From sequence record OX241562.1: 24,000 bases of DNA; one strand, given 5' to 3'. Positions 17,354 to 24,000 of the stretch are shown piece by piece (within the stretch, counting starts at the first letter, position 1; each line of letters starts with the position of its first letter). The translations under genes were made by a program, and so were the position numbers. The stretch comes from Vibrio phage 150E35-1. The notes beneath the pieces were generated by a model. That model saw nothing but the letters and a program-made list of their open reading frames with translations, made no database searches and was not told the origin of the DNA.

Positions 17354-17998
17354 ATGAAAAAACTATATGCAATACTAATCGTACTATGTACAATGCTATC
17401 TGGATGTGCAGCTAATGGCATTCCAGATATGACTGAACCAGAACATCCTGATGTGTACTCCAAGTTTATCGGAGTTCCGATACTACTAAGTGCCTACGGT
17501 AGTTACGTGCAGCTGGACGATGAGTGGGCAATAACTGCTGCTCATAACTCTATCCTATTCCCTACTAGTGAGTTCATACCTCACCCTATATGTGACCTAG
17601 CACTCGTTCGAGTAGAAGGTGAAGCTAACACTAAGATGGATGCTATATACTGGAGCAGGGATAAGGAGCTGGAGCACGTAGGTTACCCTATGAGTATGCC
17701 TCAAGCTCGTGACACTGGTAAACTACTCCAGATAGTGGATGGTAAGATGTCAGCGGACAAGGGTGTGTGTTCTAATATAGTCACCGATGCTGCTATAATA
17801 GCTGGTATGTCAGGTGGTGGTATTTATAACTCAGAGGGTAGCTTAGTAGGAGTTACTACGGACATAGTTCGATGGTTCAGTGGAGTGGAAGGTACTATAC
17901 CAGAAGCTAGCAGATACTCCGTAGGTCCTTACTTGTACCACTACCGTGACTGGGTGCTGGAAGTCACTGGTAATGACTACTTCGTAGGGAGTAAGTAA
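17354..17998 (+). CDS. predicted lipoprotein, trypsin-like serine protease
   Basis: Signal peptide and lipobox 'MKKLYAILIVLCTMLSGCAAN'; triad contexts 'WAITAAHN' (His), 'ICDLALVRV' (Asp), 'AGMSGGGIYN' (Ser). Confidence 0.85.
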   Translation: MKKLYAILIVLCTMLSGCAANGIPDMTEPEHPDVYSKFIGVPILLSAYGSYVQLDDEWAITAAHNSILFPTSEFIPHPICDLALVRVEGEANTKMDAIYWSRDKELEHVGYPMSMPQARDTGKLLQIVDGKMSADKGVCSNIVTDAAIIAGMSGGGIYNSEGSLVGVTTDIVRWFSGVEGTIPEASRYSVGPYLYHYRDWVLEVTGNDYFVGSK

Positions 17999-18000
17999 TT

Positions 18001-18324
18001 ATGAGATACTTATTAATACTCCTACTAATGATACCTACCAGTTCATACGCTATTGAACGTGACAAGGTATTACACGTATCTGCATCCGTACTGATCGGTG
18101 CAACATCTGAGATATACTTCGAGGATGCATACAAATCAACTGCCCTATGCATGGGTGTGGGACTGGCTAAGGAATTGTACGATGAGTACGATTATGGTGG
18201 GTTCGATACTCAGGACTTAGTGGCAGATGCAATTGGATGCGCTATTGGAGTGTATACAGGGTACCAGATCAATGTATGGACAGATAATGATGTTACTGGT
18301 GTATCGTACACTTACAACTTCTAG
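18001..18324 (+). CDS. exported protein, YfiM/DUF2279-like
   Basis: Signal peptide 'MRYLLILLLMIPTSSYA'; 'RDKVLHVSASVLIGAT...GVGLAKELYDEYDYGGFDTQDLVADAIGCAIGV'. Confidence 0.7.
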   Translation: MRYLLILLLMIPTSSYAIERDKVLHVSASVLIGATSEIYFEDAYKSTALCMGVGLAKELYDEYDYGGFDTQDLVADAIGCAIGVYTGYQINVWTDNDVTGVSYTYNF

Positions 18325-18334
18325 CAATAAACTC

Positions 18335-18361
18335 GTAGCTATTACTTATACTAGTAGCTAC
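18335..18361 (+). repeat. Hairpin, family 2 (ACTC-flanked)
   Basis: ACTC-GTAGCTA ... TAGCTAC. Confidence 0.45.
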
Positions 18362-18483
18362 TTTGATTGTTGTTAATTTAGGTTTAATTTCGTTTAATTA
18401 CCCCTCACGAGTTCTCCCAACCCCTTTCTTTCGTTGGGGTTGGCGCGTTGCCTGCCTCAGTTTAATCTATTGGAGATTACACT

Positions 18484-18621
18484 ATGTTTAGCAAAGAAGA
18501 TATGAAACAGTGCGCACTTATCCTAGCATGTACACCATTCGTGTTCGCACTACTGGTGATTGCTGATGCTGGTATCTCAGTAGCAGATATCCAATGGGCA
18601 CTGGGTTATTGGTTCAAATAA
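18484..18621 (+). CDS. small membrane protein (45 aa), absent from the ORF track
   Basis: MFSKEDMKQCALILACTPFVFALLVIADAGISVADIQWALGYWFK; RBS 'ggag'; TAATG overlap with the next gene. Confidence 0.7.
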   Translation: MFSKEDMKQCALILACTPFVFALLVIADAGISVADIQWALGYWFK

Positions 18622-18782
18622 TGGGACGACCTAAGAAGGATCGTCGATACTGCTACGATCAGCATGATGAGAAGAAACGTAATAAGTTGTACGTTAAATC
18701 GTGCGGAGTTAAGTCGCTCAAGCTGGATGATATACTCACCCAGTTTGATGTTGACCGATATACAATTGAACCTATTAAATAA
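18621..18782 (+). CDS. hypothetical small basic protein (53 aa)
   Basis: ATG18621 inside track ORF 18594-18782: MGRPKKDRRYCYDQHDEKKRNKLYVKS...; coupled to the upstream small membrane protein. Confidence 0.6.
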   Translation: MGRPKKDRRYCYDQHDEKKRNKLYVKSCGVKSLKLDDILTQFDVDRYTIEPIK

Positions 18783-18793
18783 GGAAATAGTTC

Positions 18794-18835
18794 ATGTCTA
18801 ATAATAATATCTTCACACTAGTTGAGCTTAAATAG
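18794..18835 (+). CDS. putative 13-aa micro-ORF
   Basis: MSNNNIFTLVELK* behind 'aaggaaatagttc'; its stop abuts the next ATG. Confidence 0.35.
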   Translation: MSNNNIFTLVELK

Positions 18836-18994
18836 ATGGAATCGTACATTGCACTAGTATCATGTGGTAATCATAACCCAGATACTGTGGAGTTTGCGGA
18901 TGACGTACCGAAAGAACTAATCGATGCTATGGCAGCTACCTACAAAGCCAAGCAGGATCTTGAGTCAGTTATGAAGAAAGTAGGAATTAAGTAA
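18836..18994 (+). CDS. hypothetical small protein (52 aa), absent from the ORF track
   Basis: MESYIALVSCGNHNPDTVEFADDVPKELIDAMAATYKAKQDLESVMKKVGIK; TAATG overlap with the next gene. Confidence 0.55.
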   Translation: MESYIALVSCGNHNPDTVEFADDVPKELIDAMAATYKAKQDLESVMKKVGIK

Positions 18995-19158
18995 TGAAAC
19001 CTCCATTCATCAAAGATAAATACGTAGGTAGCTTACCTATACTCGCCAGTATCTGGGCTACTCTCTTCGGTTACAAGTACGATATGAGGTACGATGCAGG
19101 AGGTGAGTCCACTCAGGACTTCAAGCCTGACTTCTGGTACGATCTCGTTAAGAAGTAG
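18994..19158 (+). CDS. hypothetical small protein (54 aa), absent from the ORF track
   Basis: MKPPFIKDKYVGSLPILASIWATLFGYKYDMRYDAGGESTQDFKPDFWYDLVKK. Confidence 0.6.
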   Translation: MKPPFIKDKYVGSLPILASIWATLFGYKYDMRYDAGGESTQDFKPDFWYDLVKK

Positions 19159-19165
19159 CATAGTC

Positions 19166-19187
19166 GATGTCACTACCTAGTGGCATC
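19166..19187 (+). repeat. Hairpin
   Basis: GATGTCACTA-CC-TAGTGGCATC. Confidence 0.45.
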
Positions 19188-19222
19188 TCTCAATGTTATT
19201 TAATAAAGACGGAGCAATAAAC

Positions 19223-19597
19223 ATGTCAATTCAAATGTACCCAGCTAACTTCGACGAACTACCTCTAGTACGTGAGCCAGAAGAATTCACGGAGAGTAAT
19301 GACTATATGGTTGAGTCTGGTTATCTTCTGGACTCGGATGGTTGGTATCGCATGGTACCTTCCTACCCTACCAACGACTTCCCACGATGCCTGATCCAGG
19401 ACTGGGAAGAGTTCTTCGAGTGCAAACTGCATGATAGTGAGATGGGTGGTTGGTCATTCGACGGTACATCACTTCAACTACGTCAGTTCTTGAAGTACGC
19501 ACGTCATCTTCATGGTGATATAACTCTAGAGAGTGTTGTCCACTTATCGGACTACTTGCATTTTGAACGTATTGAGAACTTCATCATCCGCGGTTAG
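19223..19597 (+). CDS. hypothetical protein
   Basis: ATG19223 (MSIQMYPANFDE...) with upstream 'ggag'; the track start at 19193 is less likely. Confidence 0.65.
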   Translation: MSIQMYPANFDELPLVREPEEFTESNDYMVESGYLLDSDGWYRMVPSYPTNDFPRCLIQDWEEFFECKLHDSEMGGWSFDGTSLQLRQFLKYARHLHGDITLESVVHLSDYLHFERIENFIIRG

Positions 19598-19607
19598 TAG
19601 TATACTC

Positions 19608-19631
19608 GGAGTCATTCTGGCGAGTGGCTCC
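19608..19631 (+). repeat. Hairpin, family 2 (ACTC-flanked)
   Basis: TAGTATACTC-GGAGTCATTC-TGGC-GAGTGGCTCC, 10 bp with two G.U pairs. Confidence 0.55.
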
Positions 19632-19674
19632 TCTGAATATTACTTCACTATATCATACTTAATAAGGAAAATAT

Positions 19675-19974
19675 ATGAATGTTAAAATCACTGTAATACA
19701 AGAGGTGGCTCGTGTACTAGCTAACTCAACTCTCGTAGATACGTGCCTAGATACATACACAGAATTAGACAGAGGTACTCTAGTATTCAGCATCCCTAGT
19801 GTAGAGCACGGAATAGTTATCGTATCTTATGACGGACTAGTAGGAGTTCGCTTCGGTGTAAAAGGTGACTACGTAGTTGGTATGAATCGTACAATCTGGG
19901 ATATCAGTAGTTTCGACCAATTGGTGTCTGGTATGATAGAGCATGAGCAGTATCTACGAAGCGTCCAAGGTTAA
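19675..19974 (+). CDS. hypothetical protein
   Basis: ORF of 99 aa with RBS 'aaggaaa'. Confidence 0.65.
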   Translation: MNVKITVIQEVARVLANSTLVDTCLDTYTELDRGTLVFSIPSVEHGIVIVSYDGLVGVRFGVKGDYVVGMNRTIWDISSFDQLVSGMIEHEQYLRSVQG

Positions 19975-19985
19975 GTAGTATACTC

Positions 19986-20009
19986 GTAGCCTCTTACTTG
20001 AGAGGTTAC
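19986..20009 (+). repeat. Hairpin, family 2 (ACTC-flanked)
   Basis: TAGTATACTC-GTAGCCTCT-TACTTG-AGAGGTTAC. Confidence 0.55.
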
Positions 20010-20053
20010 TATGGATATTACTTCATACTAAATACTTAATAAGGAAACAAATT

Positions 20054-20821
20054 ATGAAACTTATCAAAACATCAGCTCTAGTACTTTCTACTCTTATCAC
20101 TCTTCCATCGGCAGCAGCCATTGCTACCAACATGGGTGAGGTCGTAGCTGGAAACGTCATCGCTCCTGGAGTTACGGATGCTCAACTCAAGAGCCTAGCT
20201 ACTTGTATTGATGAAGGTACACTGAAAGCTAGTCTTTATGTTAATACTGAAGGTATGAAGTACGGACTTGATGATACAATTGATACTTGTACGAGAGCTA
20301 TCCAGCAACGTAAAGATTACTACGCTGAAGTCGCTGCCAAAGAAGCTGCTGATAAAGCTTACCGTGCAGAACGTGCTGAGAAAGCTCGTAAAGCTGCTGA
20401 GCGTGAGATTCGTCAACGTGAAGAACGTGAAGCTGCAGCATCTAAGTTAGCATCTGAGAAGAAAGCTAAAGAAGCAGCTGCTAAATCTAAGGGTAAAGAA
20501 GGCATCATGTACGATGCGTACAATAATCTGGACATGACTCAGGTACGTATCTGTCAAGTAGTTGGTGATAACCTCCTAAACTTCAATGTACGTATGTACG
20601 ATGCTAATGGTCTATGGTTCGATACAGAGTATGTACGTGCACGTGCTGATCGTAACAAAGGTATTGCTGTAGTTACTAAATTGAACACGTACAATGACAA
20701 TGCTGGCTACTGGAGTGCTAACTGTGTAGAACTTACCCAGACATTGGAAGCTGCATACATAGAGAACGTACGCTACGAAACTAATAAAGAGAGCCAAGCT
20801 CAAGCTGCTGCTGCATTTTAA
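20054..20821 (+). CDS. exported protein with Ala/Lys/Glu-rich coiled-coil segment
   Basis: Signal peptide 'MKLIKTSALVLSTLITLPSAAA'; 'AAKEAADKAYRAERAEKARKAAEREIRQREEREAA...'. Confidence 0.7.
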   Translation: MKLIKTSALVLSTLITLPSAAAIATNMGEVVAGNVIAPGVTDAQLKSLATCIDEGTLKASLYVNTEGMKYGLDDTIDTCTRAIQQRKDYYAEVAAKEAADKAYRAERAEKARKAAEREIRQREEREAAASKLASEKKAKEAAAKSKGKEGIMYDAYNNLDMTQVRICQVVGDNLLNFNVRMYDANGLWFDTEYVRARADRNKGIAVVTKLNTYNDNAGYWSANCVELTQTLEAAYIENVRYETNKESQAQAAAAF

Positions 20822-20847
20822 TCAATAAATAATAGGACATTATCGAT

Positions 20848-21231
20848 ATGAAATACTTTCTAGCTATCTTAGTACTACTATCTACCTGCATCGTAGCTGA
20901 TGATACCTACGCAAGTGAAACTAAGTTGTCAGACTACGATAAATTAGTTACCCAGACTTACAAGTACAAGTCCGTAGAGTACATGCAGTGTCATTATGCT
21001 GGAGCATATATGCGTGAAGAAGGTATCATGGATAAGGTTGTGGAAGTCTATATTGGACATCCTGCAATTCTGGATGGTATCTATCGTAGTGCATCAGACG
21101 TAGTTGGTATTAGTGGCCTGAAGTCTATGAAGTCTAGTATCTTAGATATCGATGATGCACTTTACATTATCAATGATAAGAAGTGCAAAGAACCTGCCCA
21201 GTACGTAGTACGTCAGATGGAAGTTATCTAA
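20848..21231 (+). CDS. exported hypothetical protein
   Basis: Signal peptide 'MKYFLAILVLLSTCIVADDTYA'. Confidence 0.7.
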   Translation: MKYFLAILVLLSTCIVADDTYASETKLSDYDKLVTQTYKYKSVEYMQCHYAGAYMREEGIMDKVVEVYIGHPAILDGIYRSASDVVGISGLKSMKSSILDIDDALYIINDKKCKEPAQYVVRQMEVI

Positions 21232-21233
21232 GC

Positions 21234-21428
21234 ATGTACACTACTATTCAGACGCTAGCTAAAACTGCTACCATCCCTGTGGAAGGTGTGAGTGTCCTAT
21301 GTAAGATAGGTGGTCATTTACTGGAAGGTACGATTCATAAGTACACTCCGAAGAATAAAATTATGGTCGATATCGCATCACGTGGTATCGAGACGCTAGA
21401 AGCATCTAGTGTTTACTTCAAAAATTAG
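21234..21428 (+). CDS. hypothetical protein (64 aa)
   Basis: ATG21234 (MYTTIQTLAKTAT...) within track ORF 21183-21428. Confidence 0.55.
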   Translation: MYTTIQTLAKTATIPVEGVSVLCKIGGHLLEGTIHKYTPKNKIMVDIASRGIETLEASSVYFKN

Positions 21429-21438
21429 TGAGATTTAT

Positions 21439-21822
21439 ATGAGTATTGCAAACTTTGTACTGAGTCACCTAAGTGAGTCACTAGGTGTTCGAGTAGATAT
21501 GTTCCGAAATGAGACGGATGAAGGTACCCAGATAGTTTTGATAACTGGTGCCTACTCTGCTCATGCTGGCCAGAAACCACGTCACCGACTTACTACGATT
21601 GGTAAGTTGGATGGTAGTGACACTCCCTACGTAGCAACCACCTCCCGTGGTACTTTGAAACGACTGTCACGGCTATTGGAAGGTGACAAGTCCCAATACC
21701 TTGGATGGTCTACTGTCGACATCGATTGGGATGGATGCCCTGAACAATCCTTCTGTCGTGACTTATACTACAAGCATGCTGACTACGAAACTGATGCACT
21801 GGAAGATAGTACTAAGTCATAG
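21439..21822 (+). CDS. hypothetical protein
   Basis: ATG21439 (MSIANFVLSHLSES...) within track ORF 21409-21822. Confidence 0.6.
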   Translation: MSIANFVLSHLSESLGVRVDMFRNETDEGTQIVLITGAYSAHAGQKPRHRLTTIGKLDGSDTPYVATTSRGTLKRLSRLLEGDKSQYLGWSTVDIDWDGCPEQSFCRDLYYKHADYETDALEDSTKS

Positions 21823-21829
21823 TACATAG

Positions 21830-21904
21830 CACCCCATTCCGCCCTAACAACCTTCTCTTTTGAAAAAGACGAGTGGTTGGGGCGGAATGGGGTGTTTTTT
21901 TTTT
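21830..21904 (+). terminator. Dispersed hairpin family 1, type B/B; classical intrinsic terminator
   Basis: CACCCCATTCCGCCCTAAC ... GTTGGGGCGGAATGGGGTG, 19-bp stem followed by T10. Confidence 0.9.
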
Positions 21905-22015
21905 ACTTATAATAACTATTAATTATCCACCCTTGACGAGTTCTGCCAACCCCTTTCTTGTGTAAGGCGGGGAGCCCTCCGCTTTCAAACTCGACTCAAC
22001 AATAAGGAAACGAGA

Positions 22016-22291
22016 ATGAGAACTAAATCGAATAAATTTGTCGTCAACAGTCTACGAGTGACTACTGGAGATTGGCTAGTAGTTAAAATGGTAGCAGGGT
22101 CTGCTACAGTACTGGGCTGTGGCGATTGCCCAGAAAATGCTCTCAACGAGTCGGAGTTAAAGACTGCTCGAACTGTTGAGAAAGTTGAATTACTCGAGTC
22201 GGTAGTCGGCGACTTCTTGTATCAAATCGGAAGTTGTCATCGTGAGCATCAGTTCTGGCACGATTTAATCGAATCCGGACTATCGAAGTAA
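22016..22291 (+). CDS. hypothetical protein
   Basis: ORF of 91 aa with RBS 'aaggaaac'. Confidence 0.65.
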   Translation: MRTKSNKFVVNSLRVTTGDWLVVKMVAGSATVLGCGDCPENALNESELKTARTVEKVELLESVVGDFLYQIGSCHREHQFWHDLIESGLSK

Positions 22292-22327
22292 TAAATAGCC
22301 CTACTGCCAAATGGTGGTAGGGCGCTA
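22291..22327 (+). terminator. Rho-independent terminator
   Basis: GCCCTAC(TGCC-AAAT-GGTG)GTAGGGC then CTATTTTTA. Confidence 0.75.
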
Positions 22328-22352
22328 TTTTTATGTCTGAAAATCTAGTCTA

Positions 22353-22413
22353 CCCGTAAGCGCCCTAACCACCCCGACTTTGAAAGAAAGCCTTCAGTTA
22401 GGGCGCTTTCGGG
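22353..22413 (+). terminator. Dispersed hairpin family 1, near type A/A
   Basis: CCCGTAAGCGCCCTAAC ... GTTAGGGCGCTTTCGGG, one mismatch in 17. Confidence 0.65.
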
Positions 22414-22533
22414 CATACCCACCCCTCCTACAATCCCTACCCAGAAAGCCGAACCCGTGTCCCCTCCCTCGGCGTATCAAGCCCTCAAGCCCTTGCTATA
22501 TTGAATTTAAGTGTAAATATATAAGGACACATT

Positions 22534-23025
22534 ATGGCTATTCAAAATCTAAACAATCCTGCTAACGAAGGCGTTATCCAACATCTAATCGACCTAGGTA
22601 CTTTGTATCAAGGTACTGGTGATAAACGTAAGTCCACTACATTCTTCAATGTCTCTATGATTCTTCGTGGAGTTGCTGACGTTATTGATAAGGACTACGA
22701 CGTAACTCAACATACACGTGTTGGTGGTAGTACTCAAACTGAAGTTACCCAGTTCCTAGAGACTGGTACCTCTACTCGTAAAGAAGAGTTACGTAGTGCC
22801 AAGAGTACCCAGGATGATAATACACCACTACCTGAACGAGTAGCTTCTGAACTAGTTAATCACTCTGGTGGTCATCTACAAGTTTATAAAGTAGGTATTA
22901 TTATGACTGTTGCAGTCAATGGTCTACAGACGCTGGAAGATTATAAAGCGAATGTTGATAAGTTTGACCAACATGTTATTGATGCAGGACTAGAAGTAGT
23001 TCTGGATAAGTTGATGAATAAGTAG
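22534..23025 (+). CDS. hypothetical protein; possible Pol-beta/HhH N-terminal-like fold
   Basis: 'NEGVIQHLIDLGTLYQGTGDKRKSTTFFNVSMILRGVADVI' resembles the 8-kDa-domain pattern N..I...L..LA..Y...GD..R...Y..A...I. Confidence 0.6.
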   Translation: MAIQNLNNPANEGVIQHLIDLGTLYQGTGDKRKSTTFFNVSMILRGVADVIDKDYDVTQHTRVGGSTQTEVTQFLETGTSTRKEELRSAKSTQDDNTPLPERVASELVNHSGGHLQVYKVGIIMTVAVNGLQTLEDYKANVDKFDQHVIDAGLEVVLDKLMNK

Positions 23026-23052
23026 TCATGATAATTAATTCCTAGGCAGATG

Positions 23053-23108
23053 AGTCCAGCTCTACGTTTGCCTCGAGTCCGTACCCTCCGTATTAGGTAA
23101 GCTGGATT
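23053..23108 (+). other. Stem with long loop in 5' leader of downstream gene
   Basis: AGTCCAGCT ... AGCTGGATT (9 bp with one G.U) followed by ATTATTATT. Confidence 0.4.
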
Positions 23109-23159
23109 ATTATTATTCATGAATATATAGACTGGTAGCTCCAGTGTAAAGGTACGATT

Positions 23160-24000
23160 ATGGCATATGCTAGTTATGAAAAGGAGAGCTTCTTAGTCGA
23201 CGCTCTCAATACAGTTGCTAATAAGCAGAAGACTGATGATACTGAAGTTCGATTTGAACTATCAGGTCAGACACGTAAGAGCTTATCTGAAACTAAGAAG
23301 TCTATTATTGACTTCGCTAAGGTAGAAGAGTTGAAAGGTGGTAAGCAGATACTTCGAGTATTCCTTATCAAGAACTTCGCACAAGGTGGTCAAGTTGATA
23401 TCAAATCTGCACTGGCTAAGATGTCTCGTCAGCTACGTTCTGAACTATCTGACCTTCCAGTAGGTACACGCTACTCGTGGACTAAAGGTAAAGCTCTAGA
23501 TAGTACGGAGTTAACAGCTAACATGGCGAACAAGTGGGCAGATACTGAAGGTTCAGTTATGCCATCTAACTCCGCTATGTCTGATGCATTCGCTGCTGCT
23601 GGTAAGGGTAGTACTCGTGACCTATCTAAATTACTAGCACTAGGTGATGAAGGTGATAAGTCAGTACTAGCTAATAACCAAATGGCTGCAAGATTTATAC
23701 AGTACTTAGATACTGCTGATACTGTTGTACTACCTCGTGCTGCATGGCGTCAGATAGGTTTCAGTGATGCAGCTATCAAGAAAGGGATTAGAGTCGCTGC
23801 ACCTGAGTCAGGTTCATCTATTATTGGTATCTGGCGTAGTGACTTTGACACCATTGCTAATACACTAGGTTGGACGGTTACTGAGAACCCAGATGATATC
23901 GCTATGATGGAGAAGCCTACTAAGGCTTACCAAGGCAGTAAACGTAATGCTTCTACTGTATACACTGAAACTGTTGCAGGTAATAAGAAAGCTTACGAGT
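23160..24000 (+). CDS. large hypothetical protein, runs off the window; absent from the ORF track
   Basis: ATG23160; open through 24000: MAYASYEKESFLVDALNTVANKQKTDDTEVRFELSGQTRKSL.... Confidence 0.75.
   Translation, partial: MAYASYEKESFLVDALNTVANKQKTDDTEVRFELSGQTRKSLSETKKSIIDFAKVEELKGGKQILRVFLIKNFAQGGQVDIKSALAKMSRQLRSELSDLPVGTRYSWTKGKALDSTELTANMANKWADTEGSVMPSNSAMSDAFAAAGKGSTRDLSKLLALGDEGDKSVLANNQMAARFIQYLDTADTVVLPRAAWRQIGFSDAAIKKGIRVAAPESGSSIIGIWRSDFDTIANTLGWTVTENPDDIAMMEKPTKAYQGSKRNASTVYTETVAGNKKAYE

Noticed and set aside
508-20803. Numerous minus-strand ORFs of 60-103 codons
   Set aside because: All lie antisense inside strong + strand genes, lack RBS and recognisable motifs, and are expected by-products of codon usage.
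2452-22413. Dispersed hairpins as a CRISPR array
   Set aside because: Copies are isolated, kilobases apart, each a self-complementary unit in an intergenic gap, with no regular repeat-spacer arrangement or cas genes.
23046-23060. Hammerhead-ribozyme-like core 'CAGATGAGTCC'
   Set aside because: The invariant CUGANGA is altered (CAGATGA), and no downstream GAAA partner closing a GUCC/GGAC stem II was found.
1-24000. tRNA genes
   Set aside because: By eye I found no convincing cloverleaf with a GTTCRA T-loop and acceptor CCA in the intergenic gaps. tRNAscan-SE would be needed to exclude this formally.

Overview
This 24 kb window comes from a large, apparently lytic phage genome. Every credible gene is on the + strand and the genes are tightly packed with many TAATG overlaps. 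Left part: the C-terminal end of an SMC/Rad50 (gp46)-like ATPase, a P-loop kinase-like protein, a GIY-YIG homing-type endonuclease split by a +1 frame change, a YfbR-like HD protein, a nucleoside 2-deoxyribosyltransferase-like protein, an acyl carrier protein and a MazG-like protein. Middle: a surface or nucleotide modification-like cluster with three glycosyltransferase-like proteins, a TagD-like cytidylyltransferase and a small Zn-ligand protein; a small release-factor-domain-like protein; and a two-subunit type II topoisomerase. The large topoisomerase subunit (GyrB/gp39-like) is interrupted at the ILPL^RGK motif by an unannotated, ORF-less group I intron of about 372 nt (12105-12476). I derived its splice sites from the sequence: a 7-bp P1 with the conserved U.G, a terminal G, P3/P4/P7 pairings and a GNRA-capped P9 candidate. 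Right part: an NrdG-like radical SAM activase, a small GIY-YIG protein overlapping a DarG-like macrodomain (candidate anti-DarTG), a lipoprotein trypsin-like protease, a YfiM-like protein, several secreted or membrane small proteins, and the start of a large unknown protein. Intergenic regions carry three families of dispersed hairpins, one with arms that vary in a compensatory way, plus a recurring 'CCTTGCTAATYGAATTT' element upstream of genes. No database search was possible, so family calls rest on motif recognition.
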